This document shows, piece by piece, positions 23,817-33,492 of a stretch of 64,000 nt of DNA. The notes under the pieces were generated by a model that made no database searches, was not told where the DNA came from, and saw only the letters and a list, made by a program, of their open reading frames with translations. Source of the DNA: Patescibacteria group bacterium (lineage in GTDB: Bacteria; Patescibacteriota; Microgenomatia; Levybacterales; UBA12049); the NCBI GenBank assembly GCA_035510535.1, contig DATKGY010000051.1:6882-70881 (forward strand), in the 5' to 3' direction. The translations under genes and the position numbers were made by a program. How positions within the stretch are numbered: position 1 is the first letter of the stretch; every line of letters begins with the position of its first letter.

Positions 23817-26741
23817 ATGTTTAAGCCTGTTGATCAACAAGTTGATTTTCCTAAACTGGAGAACGATTTATTAACAAAATGGACCAATGAGGGTTTGCAG
23901 CAAAAATATCTCCACAAGAATGATTCCTCCGAAAAAAGATTCTCCTTTTTAGACGGCCCGATTACCGCCAATAACCCCATGGGAGTACATCATGCTTGGG
24001 GAAGGACTTATAAAGACGTCTGGCAAAGATTTTACAATATGCGAGGTTTTAAACAGCGTTTCCAAAACGGTTTTGATTGTCAGGGTTTGTGGGTGGAAGT
24101 GGAAGTTGAAAAAGAATTGGGAGTGCGAAATAAAAAAGACATCGAAAACTTAGTCCCGGGAGACAAAAAAGCCTCAATTGCTAAATTTGTTGAACTTTGC
24201 AAGCAGAGGGTTAACAAATATAGCGCGATTCAAACCGAACAAAGCAAACGCCTGGGTTATTTTATGGATTGGGATAACTCCTATTACACCATGTCGGACG
24301 AAAACAACTACATGATTTGGCATTTTCTAAAAACCTGCAATGAGCGCGGTTGGATTTATAAAGGTACAGATAGCGTACCGTGGTGTCCAAGGTGCGAAAC
24401 CGCAATTTCTCAACATGAAATACTCACCGAAGACTATAAAGAATTAACCCATGATTCAATTTTCATTCAATATCCTCTGTCCGACAAAAAAGAAACTTAT
24501 CTATTGGTTTGGACAACTACTCCCTGGACTTTGCCGGGAAATGTGGCGGTGGCGATTGATATTACTAAAGATTATGTTGAGACAGGGGGAGAAGTTGCCG
24601 GAAACACTTACATTTTAATTAAAGAAGCGGCGGAAAGACTCAATTTGAAAATAAAGAAAACTTTTAAGGGGAAAGAATTAATTGGTGAACGCTACGCGTC
24701 GCCTTTTGATAATCTGCCGCGGGTTAAAGAAGCTTTTGGCGATTATCGGCATCGGGTAGTTGCGTCAAATCCGTTAATTCTGCCAATTTCAGTTGAGGAA
24801 GGAACCGGTCTTGTGCATGTAGCGCCGGGGCAGGGAATGGAAGACTACCGGTTGGGCAAAAAAGAAAAACTGCCGGTGATAGAGTTAATTGACGACGAAG
24901 CCTTCTACATAGATGGAATGAATGAGTTTTCCGGTCAAAGCGCCAAGAAGCATCCGGAAATAATTATTGAGTTTATAAAAAAGTCAGGTAATCTTTTTAA
25001 GACAGAAAAATATACTCACCGTTATCCGGCTTGCTGGCGGTGCAAAACGGAACTGGTTTGGAAAGTCACTAAAGAGTGGTATATCGCGATGGATGTTCCC
25101 GAAAGGTCAAAAGTCAAAGATCAAAGTTCAAAAACCTTGCGGGAGCAAATGAAAGATACAGCCAAAATGATTTCGTGGCGTCCCGAGTTTGGCTTAGAAA
25201 GAGAACTGGATTGGCTTTCCAACATGAGCGACTGGCTAATCAGTAAGAAAAACCGTTACTGGGGTTTGGCACTGCCGATTTTTGAATGCCAAGAATGTGG
25301 GCATTTTGAGGTTATCGGTTCAAAAGAAGAATTGCGAGAGAAAGCTGTGGACGGTTGGAAGGATTTTGAGGAACACACGCCCCATAAGCCGTTTATTGAT
25401 AGCGTCAAAATAAAATGTTCACAATGTGGAAAATTAGTGTCAAGAGTGGATGATGTTGGTAATGTTTGGCTGGACGCCGGAATTGTCGGTTTTTCCACTT
25501 ATCTTGATCCCAAAACGAAAAAATTAAGTTATACCACAGATAAAAAATATTGGCAGGAATGGTTCCCGGCGGATTTTATCACCGAGTCTTTCCCCGGACA
25601 GTTTAAAAACTGGTTCTACTCAATGATTGCGATGTCCACAGTTTTGGAAAAAAGAAATTCTTTCAAACTAGTTTTAGGCTACGGTTCAATGCTGGGCGAA
25701 GATGGCCGGCCAATGCACAAATCCTGGGGAAATATGATTGAATTTGGGCAGGGAGCGGAAAAAATCGGCGTTGATGTAATGCGCTGGATGTTTGTGACTC
25801 ACAATCCCGAGCAAAACCTGCTCTTTGGCTATAAAAAAGCCGATGAAACACGCCGGAAGTTTCATTTGATGCTTTGGAATGTCTACAATTTCTTTGTGAC
25901 TTACGCCAATATAGATAAATATCAAAAGTCAGAAGTTAAAAGTCAAAAGTCAGATAACATATTGGACCGATGGATACTTTCAAGACTTAATCAGGCCATC
26001 GAGACTACGACAAAGGGCTTAGAGGCTTACGATATTCAACGAGCAACGCTTTCCATCGAAAATTTTGTGAATGATCTGTCTCTTTGGTATATCCGAAGAA
26101 GTAGGGAGAGGGTCGGACCTTCCGCCGAAGATGAGCAAGATAAAAATGCATGTTACCAAACTTTACATTTGGTTCTTGTCACTTTGGCTAAGTTACTGGC
26201 GCCTTTTACACCGTTTATCGCCGAAGAAATTTATATCAATTTAACCGGTGAGGAATCTGTTCATCTTAGCGATTGGCCAACTGTTGACAAGAGTTTAATT
26301 GATGAAGAACTGGAAACAGAAATATTAAAAGCCAGGCAAGTCGTTGAAGCAGCGCACGCCTTAAGAAAGCAAGCCGAAATAAAAGTCAGAATCCCAATTA
26401 AAGATATGACGTATGATGGACCCGATGAATTATCAACAGAAGTTCTCAGAACCGTTAAGGACGAAGTAAATGCTTATAATCTTTCATTTGGTAAAAAAGC
26501 AGACGTCTATGCGGTAGCGGCTAAGACCAGTGACGATAATTTGGACTTAAACTTTGGCTTGGCCCGCGATATTGTCCGCAAAATTCAGGAAGAAAGAAAA
26601 AATCTGCAAACCCAACCAAACGAAAAAGTAAAGATTACGATTCCTTTCTGGCCAAAAGAACACGAAGCTTACATTAAAAGAAAGGCAATGGTTAATTCAA
26701 TTACCGAGGCAGAAAAATTTTCGGTGACAAAAGATGAATAG
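23817..26741 (+). CDS. ileS: Isoleucyl-tRNA synthetase
   Basis: 974 aa class I aaRS. HIGH-region PMGVHHAWGRT, zinc-knuckle CPRCETA / CWRCKTE, editing domain, KMSKS-region MHKSWGN. Confidence 0.9.
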   Translation: MFKPVDQQVDFPKLENDLLTKWTNEGLQQKYLHKNDSSEKRFSFLDGPITANNPMGVHHAWGRTYKDVWQRFYNMRGFKQRFQNGFDCQGLWVEVEVEKELGVRNKKDIENLVPGDKKASIAKFVELCKQRVNKYSAIQTEQSKRLGYFMDWDNSYYTMSDENNYMIWHFLKTCNERGWIYKGTDSVPWCPRCETAISQHEILTEDYKELTHDSIFIQYPLSDKKETYLLVWTTTPWTLPGNVAVAIDITKDYVETGGEVAGNTYILIKEAAERLNLKIKKTFKGKELIGERYASPFDNLPRVKEAFGDYRHRVVASNPLILPISVEEGTGLVHVAPGQGMEDYRLGKKEKLPVIELIDDEAFYIDGMNEFSGQSAKKHPEIIIEFIKKSGNLFKTEKYTHRYPACWRCKTELVWKVTKEWYIAMDVPERSKVKDQSSKTLREQMKDTAKMISWRPEFGLERELDWLSNMSDWLISKKNRYWGLALPIFECQECGHFEVIGSKEELREKAVDGWKDFEEHTPHKPFIDSVKIKCSQCGKLVSRVDDVGNVWLDAGIVGFSTYLDPKTKKLSYTTDKKYWQEWFPADFITESFPGQFKNWFYSMIAMSTVLEKRNSFKLVLGYGSMLGEDGRPMHKSWGNMIEFGQGAEKIGVDVMRWMFVTHNPEQNLLFGYKKADETRRKFHLMLWNVYNFFVTYANIDKYQKSEVKSQKSDNILDRWILSRLNQAIETTTKGLEAYDIQRATLSIENFVNDLSLWYIRRSRERVGPSAEDEQDKNACYQTLHLVLVTLAKLLAPFTPFIAEEIYINLTGEESVHLSDWPTVDKSLIDEELETEILKARQVVEAAHALRKQAEIKVRIPIKDMTYDGPDELSTEVLRTVKDEVNAYNLSFGKKADVYAVAAKTSDDNLDLNFGLARDIVRKIQEERKNLQTQPNEKVKITIPFWPKEHEAYIKRKAMVNSITEAEKFSVTKDE

Positions 26742-27810
26742 TAAAGGTTTGGGAATAGATTGGTTTTTAATAATTCCGGTTGGACTTCTCGTCATCATTA
26801 GCTTGGTAACTCTTTTTTCTTTAAACCCTGATTTTTTCAAGAGTCAGTTAATTTTTTTAATAGTATCGCTATTAGCTTTTGTTTTTTTCTCGCAGGCGAA
26901 TTATAAAATCCTTGATATTTATAGTAAGCCAATTTATATTGCTTCCTTAATACTTTTGATTTTAGTTTTACTATTGGGGATTGAGAGCAGGGGCTCAATG
27001 CGGTGGGTAGAGTTTTTGGGGCTTCGTGCTCAATTTTCGGAAATTTTAAAACCGTTTTTAGCAATCAGTTTTGCCAGTTACTTGGCCAACTTAAGAAACT
27101 ATAATTTCAGGAGCTTACTGAACATTTTTTTATTACTGGGACCAATTGCACTTCTAATTTTTTTCCAGCCCGACTTAGGCAACGCACTTTTATATGCCGG
27201 AGTTGTCTTGGTGACAACTGTTTATTTGGGTTTTCCACTAAAGTATTTCATGGGACTTTTCCTTCCCTTATTGGCAGTTTTTCCGTTGGTCTGGAAATTA
27301 CTGCACGAATATCAAAGGCAAAGAGTGCTGACTTTTCTTGATCCCGGAAAAGATCCCTTGGGAACCTCCTACAACGTTATTCAATCTGTGATTGCCGTCG
27401 GCTCAGGGATGTTGATGGGAAGAGGGTTAGGGCAAGGGACGCAGTCGGGACTGCGGTTTTTGCCCGAACGTCATACCGATTTTATTTTTGCCACCATTTC
27501 GGAACAGCTAGGATTTATCGGAACTGTAATCGTGTTATTTTGTTTTGTCCTAATTCTTTATAAAATATACACCATCTTTTTAAATTCTGATGATAAGTTT
27601 TCTAAAGCTTTTGCGGCTATTATCTTTTTTACTTTTTTAATCCAAATTTTTGTCAACATCGGAATGAATGTTGGCATTTTGCCAATTGTGGGCGTAACGC
27701 TACCACTTGTTTCCTACGGAGGAAGTTCACTTTTGTCCAATTTTATTTTCCTCGGTTTTCTGTCGGCGATTAGCAAAGGCCGCAGACAAGAGATCCTAGA
27801 AATTAAGTAG
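26734..27810 (+). CDS. rodA: SEDS-family protein RodA-like (second FtsW/RodA paralog)
   Basis: PERHTDFIFATISEQLGFIG and LPLVSYGGSS motifs. Overlaps the ileS stop by 8 nt. Confidence 0.75.
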   Translation: MNSKGLGIDWFLIIPVGLLVIISLVTLFSLNPDFFKSQLIFLIVSLLAFVFFSQANYKILDIYSKPIYIASLILLILVLLLGIESRGSMRWVEFLGLRAQFSEILKPFLAISFASYLANLRNYNFRSLLNIFLLLGPIALLIFFQPDLGNALLYAGVVLVTTVYLGFPLKYFMGLFLPLLAVFPLVWKLLHEYQRQRVLTFLDPGKDPLGTSYNVIQSVIAVGSGMLMGRGLGQGTQSGLRFLPERHTDFIFATISEQLGFIGTVIVLFCFVLILYKIYTIFLNSDDKFSKAFAAIIFFTFLIQIFVNIGMNVGILPIVGVTLPLVSYGGSSLLSNFIFLGFLSAISKGRRQEILEIK

Positions 27811-27834
27811 AAAATTTGTTATAATTCATAAATC

Positions 27835-28194
27835 ATGAAATACGCAGTTATTAAAACCGGAGGTAAGCAATACAAAGTTTCCGAAGGTGACGTTATTGAA
27901 ATCGACCGGATTTCCGGTAAAAACGGAAAAATTAGCTTTGAAGAAGTTCTTCTGTTGGTCAACGACGGTAAGATTAAAGTTGGTAAGCCATTTGTAGCAG
28001 GCGAAAAAGTTGAAGGAAAAATCTTAGAAGATTTTCGGGGAGTTAAAGTCAGAGTCTCAAAGTTTAAGTCCAAAGTCCGCTATAGAAGAACAACCGGTTT
28101 TAGAGCAGCATTAACTAAGATACAAGTTGAAAAAATCAGTGGCGTAACAAAAGAAAAACCAGTTGTTAAGAAAACTGCTAGTAGGAAGTCTTAA
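27835..28194 (+). CDS. rplU: 50S ribosomal protein L21
   Basis: MKYAVIKTGGKQYKVSEGD is the canonical L21 N-terminus. Confidence 0.9.
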   Translation: MKYAVIKTGGKQYKVSEGDVIEIDRISGKNGKISFEEVLLLVNDGKIKVGKPFVAGEKVEGKILEDFRGVKVRVSKFKSKVRYRRTTGFRAALTKIQVEKISGVTKEKPVVKKTASRKS

Positions 28195-28268
28195 TTGACC
28201 TCATTTGATATCTTGACAGTTTGTGAAAAGTCAAGTTAAAATAAGGCAAGTTTTCACGAAAGGAATTT

Positions 28269-28520
28269 ATGGCACATACCAAAGCACAGGGAGCAGTAAA
28301 AGGAAACAGAGATTCAAGAGCTAAGCGTTTGGGCGTTAAGATTTATGGTGGACAGGAAGCGCTGGCCGGAAGCATTTTAGTTAGGCAAAAAGGCACTAAC
28401 TTTAGAGCCGGGAAAAATGTTTCCATGGGTAAAGATTTTACTTTATTCGCTTTACAGGCAGGGAAAGTTTTGTTTAAGAAATTAAACGGTAAACGAATGA
28501 TTGAAGTATTAAATGGATAA
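28269..28520 (+). CDS. rpmA: 50S ribosomal protein L27
   Basis: [24 protein letters not shown] is the canonical L27 N-terminus. Confidence 0.9.
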   Translation: MAHTKAQGAVKGNRDSRAKRLGVKIYGGQEALAGSILVRQKGTNFRAGKNVSMGKDFTLFALQAGKVLFKKLNGKRMIEVLNG

Positions 28521-29334
28521 TCAACAAAATATTATAGAGCTGGAAACAATTCTTTTACAGGCCAATCCTCTTCAGCCAAGAGGTATTATTTCCCCCGATT
28601 CACTCCAGGAATTAGTTGATTCAATCAGGGAACAGGGGATTTTAGAGCCGATTGTGGTGGCCAGAACTCCGGCCGGATATCAAATAATTGCCGGTGAAAG
28701 ACGCTGGAGAGCGGCTAAAGTATTGGGTTTGGAAAAAGTGCCGGTGGTAATTAAAGAGACAACGCCGCAGGGAATGTTGGAAATGTCAATCGTAGAGAAT
28801 GTGCAAAGAGAAGATTTAAATCCGATCGAAAGAGCGCAGGCCTACAAGAGATTGATCGACGAATTCGGACTGGGGACAAATGAAGTCGCCAGAAAAGTCA
28901 GCAAAAGCGCTCCGACCGTTTCCAACACGATCAGACTTTTGTCTTTGCCCGATGCCATTAAGGACGCCTTGGTGGCCGGAGTTATCACCGAAGGACATGT
29001 CAGGCCATTAATTTCTTTGGGAGATCCAAAACTGATGCTGGATTTATTCAAAAAGATTTTAAGGGAAAGCAGTACCGTCCGGGAAACCGAAGAAATGGCA
29101 AGACAGGCCAAAGGAGAAATTCAGCAAAAAGAACCACGAACAACTACTCATAAGCTTTGGGTACCGGAATTGGATGAAATGGCCAGAAATCTCGAAAAAA
29201 ATCAGGGATTCAGTAGGGTTTCCATTTCTCAAACAAGATCACAAGTCAAAGTTGTAATTGTGCATAAAGGTGATGTGGACGTAACAGGGCCAAAAGTCAA
29301 AGAAATTTATAATCTCTTAAGTAAAGCGGCTTAA
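28513..29334 (+). CDS. parB: ParB/Spo0J-family partition or nucleoid-binding protein
   Basis: ParB box [12 protein letters not shown] and an HTH region. Overlaps rpmA by 8 nt. Confidence 0.85.
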   Translation: MDNQQNIIELETILLQANPLQPRGIISPDSLQELVDSIREQGILEPIVVARTPAGYQIIAGERRWRAAKVLGLEKVPVVIKETTPQGMLEMSIVENVQREDLNPIERAQAYKRLIDEFGLGTNEVARKVSKSAPTVSNTIRLLSLPDAIKDALVAGVITEGHVRPLISLGDPKLMLDLFKKILRESSTVRETEEMARQAKGEIQQKEPRTTTHKLWVPELDEMARNLEKNQGFSRVSISQTRSQVKVVIVHKGDVDVTGPKVKEIYNLLSKAA

Positions 29335-29912
29335 TAAGGGTTGTTGACCAACCTTATTCGGTCAAGCGGCCAGTAGACAAATAAAGATTTTCCGACAATT
29401 TCGTCTTTTGTGACAAAACCCCAAGTTCTTGAATCAGAACTCTCCGGTCGGTTATCTCCAAAAACAAAATACTGGTTGGCGGGGACGGTTACTGCTTTAT
29501 TTTCCGTAAGGAATGCTCCCTCATACGTTTTGACATCTGAATTAAGATAGGCGCTTTCATCCAAAAGCTTACCGTTTAAATAAACACTGCCTCCTTTAAT
29601 CATTACCGTATCGCCCGGGACGCCAATTACTCTTTTAATGTAATCTTTGGTTGGATCCGGCGGGGAAACAAACACCACAACATCACCCAGTTTTAGAGTG
29701 CCAAAACTGGCATGATAGATTTTAAAATCTTCAAAACCGATTAAATTAGTAATTACATACTCGCCGTTGTGGAAGTTTGGAAACATGGATTCTCCCTGGA
29801 CATTAAACGGACGGAAGAGAAAAGCGTAGATGACCAAAAAGATTGCAGCGGCAATTAAGAGGGTTTCGACGCCGTCGATTAAAAACGCGTAAACCTTCCG
29901 AATTAGTAACAT
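29331..29912 (-). CDS. lepB: Signal peptidase I
   Basis: Catalytic Ser box GESMFPN, Lys box YIKRVIGVPGD, and GDNRPESSDSR. Confidence 0.9.
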   Translation of the reverse strand: MLLIRKVYAFLIDGVETLLIAAAIFLVIYAFLFRPFNVQGESMFPNFHNGEYVITNLIGFEDFKIYHASFGTLKLGDVVVFVSPPDPTKDYIKRVIGVPGDTVMIKGGSVYLNGKLLDESAYLNSDVKTYEGAFLTENKAVTVPANQYFVFGDNRPESSDSRTWGFVTKDEIVGKSLFVYWPLDRIRLVNNPY

Positions 29913-29979
29913 TATTTAATTCTCCCAAGTTCAACTCGCTTTGTCAATGAGCGTAATTTGTGCTAAGATTTAGGAGCGA

Positions 29980-30051
29980 GGACTTGTAGCTCAGCGGTAG
30001 AGCGCTTCATTCACATTGAAGAAGTCAGAGGTTCGAATCCTCTCAGGTCCA
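29980..30051 (+). tRNA. tRNA-Val (anticodon CAC)
   Basis: Hand-folded cloverleaf. Acceptor GGACTTG/CAGGTCC, D-arm GCTC-AGCGGTA-GAGC, anticodon arm CTTCA-TTCACAT-TGAAG, T-arm AGAGG-TTCGAAT-CCTCT. No CCA is encoded. Confidence 0.85.
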
Positions 30052-30199
30052 CAATTAGGATGAGAAGCGCCGCTACGCAGTAGCTAATGCCCTTGTGGCA
30101 TCGTCCCCTTGGGGGAAATCTTTTCAAGTCCACTTAACCCTTGATTTTTAAACAAAAAAGTCTTATAATTATCTGAACTTCTTAAAGGCAGTATTTTTT

Positions 30200-30676
30200 A
30201 TGACAAGAAGAAGATTAGAATTCTCCCCAGAACAACCCACGGGAGGACCATTACCGGTAGATACGGATAAGGGAGTACTAGTTGATCCCCAAAGAGCAGT
30301 AGTGGCAAAAGATAGTCCAGTTTCTGTTAAGATTCTTTGGAAAGAAGCTGTAAAATTTCTTGGACTTTCATATAAGGCTCACGAAGAACTCGGAGAATCA
30401 GATCCTTTAGCATTGTATTTATTAGGAGCATATGGTGGATTACTTGATGTAATGGGGGTTAATCGAATATTTCGTGAAACAGAACAAGAATCATTGCTGG
30501 AAGAGGCTAGGACTAGATTAAGATATGCACACGCAGGGCATCCGATTCCCGATGACAAAGGCTATCCTAATGTCAATTATTACGCTGGCAGAATGGAAGC
30601 GGCGCTGTTTGCTTTAGGCGAGAGCGTAACTATTCCAACTACGGAAGTTCCTCCTGTATCTAAATATCTTCTTTAA
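30200..30676 (+). CDS. Hypothetical protein (158 aa)
   Basis: ORF with visibly higher GC than its neighbours, next to tRNA-Val. No motif recognised. Confidence 0.45.
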   Translation: MTRRRLEFSPEQPTGGPLPVDTDKGVLVDPQRAVVAKDSPVSVKILWKEAVKFLGLSYKAHEELGESDPLALYLLGAYGGLLDVMGVNRIFRETEQESLLEEARTRLRYAHAGHPIPDDKGYPNVNYYAGRMEAALFALGESVTIPTTEVPPVSKYLL

Positions 30677-30714
30677 CCATTATTTATAGAATCCGATCCC
30701 CTCACTCACAAAAG

Positions 30715-32640
30715 CTAGAAGCTGTTTATTAAATCCTTAATATCCGAGGTAATAACTTGATACGCCCCTTGACTCATTAACTTTTTGTCATAAAATCTTA
30801 AACTCTCTTCTATAAATCTCAATTTAAATTGTGTAAATATCTTAAACCTCTTGTTATAACTTTTTTCAATTCTATTAATTGACCAAATAAGTTTGTCTGC
30901 GACTTTTATGTTTATTTCATGTGAATTCTCTAAAGCTTTAATAGTTGCAATGAGCGAATCAAAAGTAACAGCAGGTTTTATGGTAGATTTACTCACGTCC
31001 TTATTATTAAAACTAAGATTTAGAACTTTAGGACTAGTTGGATTTGTAACCAGAGGTATTTCTTGTGAATTAACATTTCCATCCTGGTCATACAAAAGGA
31101 TATTACTATCGAAATTATTGGTTTGATTTGAGGAAAAAGTTATCTGGTAATTTTCGCTCTGTGGTTTTGGCACATAAACCATTTTCATTGGTTCGCCGGC
31201 CGATTGGCCATTATCAGCGTTATTTAGCGGTTGCTGCAGAGATTCAGTCCCAACGGAATTTCCAGAAGAATCCTCAATCTTAATATCCGTGTTTTGATCA
31301 GCGGTAATTAAAATATAAGATAAGTCGGTTTTAGCAGGCTTGAGCACGTTTAAGGAGAGATAAGTATTGCCGTAAGCAGCTAAGTCAGTTTTATTAGTAA
31401 AATAGGGATCGATAATACTAAAACTATTTGAAGTTGTTCCCGTAGCAACGACATAATGTCCAGGTTCTTCTAAAATTGCCGGTAATTTATTGGCTAGCAC
31501 ATCATTCAAGGGAAGGTTATTTGAGCCGGTAATTCTTGAATATTCTAGTCCGTCAAAAGCGGTAATCTTGTTTATTTTAATGGCTTGGTGCGACAGGCTG
31601 GAAATTGCCAGTGGATTAAGGTAGCCGGCGTGTTTTCCATCAATATAGCCGTTATTATTCCTAAGCCATGTATTTAAAGTTCCGGGATCTAGATTTGTTC
31701 CGTTGGGAAGCTTATTAATCCCGAAATATTTCAACACCATCGTATAGGACGTTAAAGCACAACCCCAACTCCTAATTGTTTTGGACATCGGGCTCCAGAG
31801 ATTTGCTCCGTCGTACACCTGGGAACCCCAAGGATTAGTTGTTTGTCTTAGAATAGGCACGTTTAGATTAATAGATGGAGCGGGAGTGGGAGAAACGGTT
31901 GGAATCGGCGTTGGAGTTGGGGTGGAAGTCGGGCTTGGTGTGGGTGTCGGTGTTGGGGTGGGGCTCGGTGCTTCAAGATCCGTAACTACAATATTATCAA
32001 AATAAGCTTCAGTAGGGGCTTGACTACCCGTACCAATTCTTAATCCAAGTCTCTCATTAGTAGGGAATTGATAATTAGAATCAATATAATCCACGATAGT
32101 CACTCCATTTAGGATAACTTGAATATGTTGATTGTTGAGGATGATTATTACATGATTAGTTTGATTATCAAGTAAAGGAGTTGGAGAAGTTTTTTGCTGG
32201 GGATAATCCCAGAAATTAGTCCAAAATGTATTTTCCCCTAAAAAATGAACTTCATAGGGATTGCAGGCGGTAGAAGAATCATTGCATATCCATCTAAAAT
32301 CAATATTTCTGTCGACTGTCTTAGTGTTAGCGTTAACAATTGGTAGGTAGTCAAAATCTATTTGATAATCTGGGGTATTAATCCTAGGACCAATAGCGTC
32401 GATTAGTATGCCTGAGGAGTTTATCCTTTCTCCATACATATTGTTACCATTAATATTCGTTATCTGCAGAGGCGTAGTTCCCCTGATTAAAGCCCATGCG
32501 TTCGCATCATTATTATTGTCGAAGTTATATTGGAAAATTACGTTTGAGGCGAAGGCTTTATTAAAAAGAATAGGAACGGCAGTTACTAACAAGACTACCG
32601 TTCCTATTAAAAAAATCCTTAGGGCAATCGGGACTTTCAT
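30715..32640 (-). CDS. Secreted two-domain protein: lectin/LamG- or DUF1080-like beta-sandwich, Pro/Thr linker, then a papain-fold C39-like peptidase domain
   Basis: Signal peptide. YFDNIVVTD ends the beta-sandwich domain. Linker PSPTPTPTPTPSPTSTPTPTPIPTVSPTPAPS. Candidate catalytic Cys in SWGCALTSYTMV and His in EPGHYVVATG. Confidence 0.55.
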   Translation of the reverse strand: MKVPIALRIFLIGTVVLLVTAVPILFNKAFASNVIFQYNFDNNNDANAWALIRGTTPLQITNINGNNMYGERINSSGILIDAIGPRINTPDYQIDFDYLPIVNANTKTVDRNIDFRWICNDSSTACNPYEVHFLGENTFWTNFWDYPQQKTSPTPLLDNQTNHVIIILNNQHIQVILNGVTIVDYIDSNYQFPTNERLGLRIGTGSQAPTEAYFDNIVVTDLEAPSPTPTPTPTPSPTSTPTPTPIPTVSPTPAPSINLNVPILRQTTNPWGSQVYDGANLWSPMSKTIRSWGCALTSYTMVLKYFGINKLPNGTNLDPGTLNTWLRNNNGYIDGKHAGYLNPLAISSLSHQAIKINKITAFDGLEYSRITGSNNLPLNDVLANKLPAILEEPGHYVVATGTTSNSFSIIDPYFTNKTDLAAYGNTYLSLNVLKPAKTDLSYILITADQNTDIKIEDSSGNSVGTESLQQPLNNADNGQSAGEPMKMVYVPKPQSENYQITFSSNQTNNFDSNILLYDQDGNVNSQEIPLVTNPTSPKVLNLSFNNKDVSKSTIKPAVTFDSLIATIKALENSHEINIKVADKLIWSINRIEKSYNKRFKIFTQFKLRFIEESLRFYDKKLMSQGAYQVITSDIKDLINSF

Positions 32641-32668
32641 AATTTATTATTGCAAGACTATTATTTAT

Positions 32669-32697
32669 TTGTCAAGAGCCAAAATTGATGCTAGAAT
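32669..32697 (+). promoter_or_regulatory. Candidate promoter TTGTCA-17-TAGAAT, with the ATG of the methyltransferase 6 nt downstream
   Basis: ttgtca 32669-32674, tagaat 32692-32697, ATG at 32704. Confidence 0.4.
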
Positions 32698-32703
32698 CAT
32701 ACA

Positions 32704-33492
32704 ATGGAAAAATCAAAAAAAAATATGCGCTTTAATAATTTATGTAAAGAAGCATTAGAAATAGAAAATGATAGGCAGAAACTTGCCTCAATGAACGAAT
32801 TCAATTTATTAGCGAGAAAATATAAACCATCCTTGCCGGAGATAAAGAATCTTAACACTTCTAATTTTTGGGACCAAAGGATAGATGAGAAGATTGATTA
32901 TGAGCCAGGTGATGGAATGACTATGGAAAGAGTCAATATTGCCTATAGATTTATGCCAAAAGACGCGAGAAAAGTATTTGATATTGGAGCGGGTTATGGA
33001 TACATAGAAAGATTATTAAGTAAAAACAGTCATATCAAGATTTTTGGCAATGATATCTCTGGAAACGCTGTTAAAAATTTACGAAAAAGATTTGAAGGAA
33101 ATTTCAGACTTGAATCAATTTATTCTATGAAGTATCCAAAGCACTCATTCGACGCAATTTTTGCTTTAGAAGTTTTTGAGCATGTTCCTCCAAGTAAAAT
33201 ATTCAAGCTCATGTCAGATATTAAAAATTTATTGAGAAAGAACGGATATTTAATACTTTCTGTGCCCACGAATGAAGGATTGGAAAAAATGAGAGACAAT
33301 CCCAATGGCCACGTAAGGATGTATACAGAAGCTTTAATAAGCGCAGAATTGAAAATGGCAGGATTTGAGGTTGTTAGCATAAAAACATTGCACGCTTTTA
33401 AAAATTTGTACAGACTCAAAAAAATTATTTCGATGATAACGAAGAACAGATGGAAGCCAAATGATATAATAGTCAAAGCAAGATTTATATGA
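32704..33492 (+). CDS. Class I SAM-dependent methyltransferase
   Basis: Motif I VFDIGAGYGYIE. Post-I and motif II region ALEVFEHV. Confidence 0.7.
   Translation: MEKSKKNMRFNNLCKEALEIENDRQKLASMNEFNLLARKYKPSLPEIKNLNTSNFWDQRIDEKIDYEPGDGMTMERVNIAYRFMPKDARKVFDIGAGYGYIERLLSKNSHIKIFGNDISGNAVKNLRKRFEGNFRLESIYSMKYPKHSFDAIFALEVFEHVPPSKIFKLMSDIKNLLRKNGYLILSVPTNEGLEKMRDNPNGHVRMYTEALISAELKMAGFEVVSIKTLHAFKNLYRLKKIISMITKNRWKPNDIIVKARFI

Noticed and set aside
25085-25960. Repeated aagtcaaaag-type strings inside ileS (about 25100-25135 and 25921-25955).
   Set aside because: They are in frame and encode Lys/Ser/Gln-rich low-complexity loops (SKVKDQSSK, QKSEVKSQKSD). There is no frame disruption and there are no flanking repeats, so this is ordinary insertion-loop variation.
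31875-31977. A microsatellite-like ggtgt/ggagt/ggggt repeat. Similar repeats occur at 15283-15354 and 20890-20925.
   Set aside because: These are the coding sequences of Pro/Thr linkers in secreted proteins, read on the opposite strand at 31.9 kb. They are not noncoding tandem repeats or CRISPR-like arrays.
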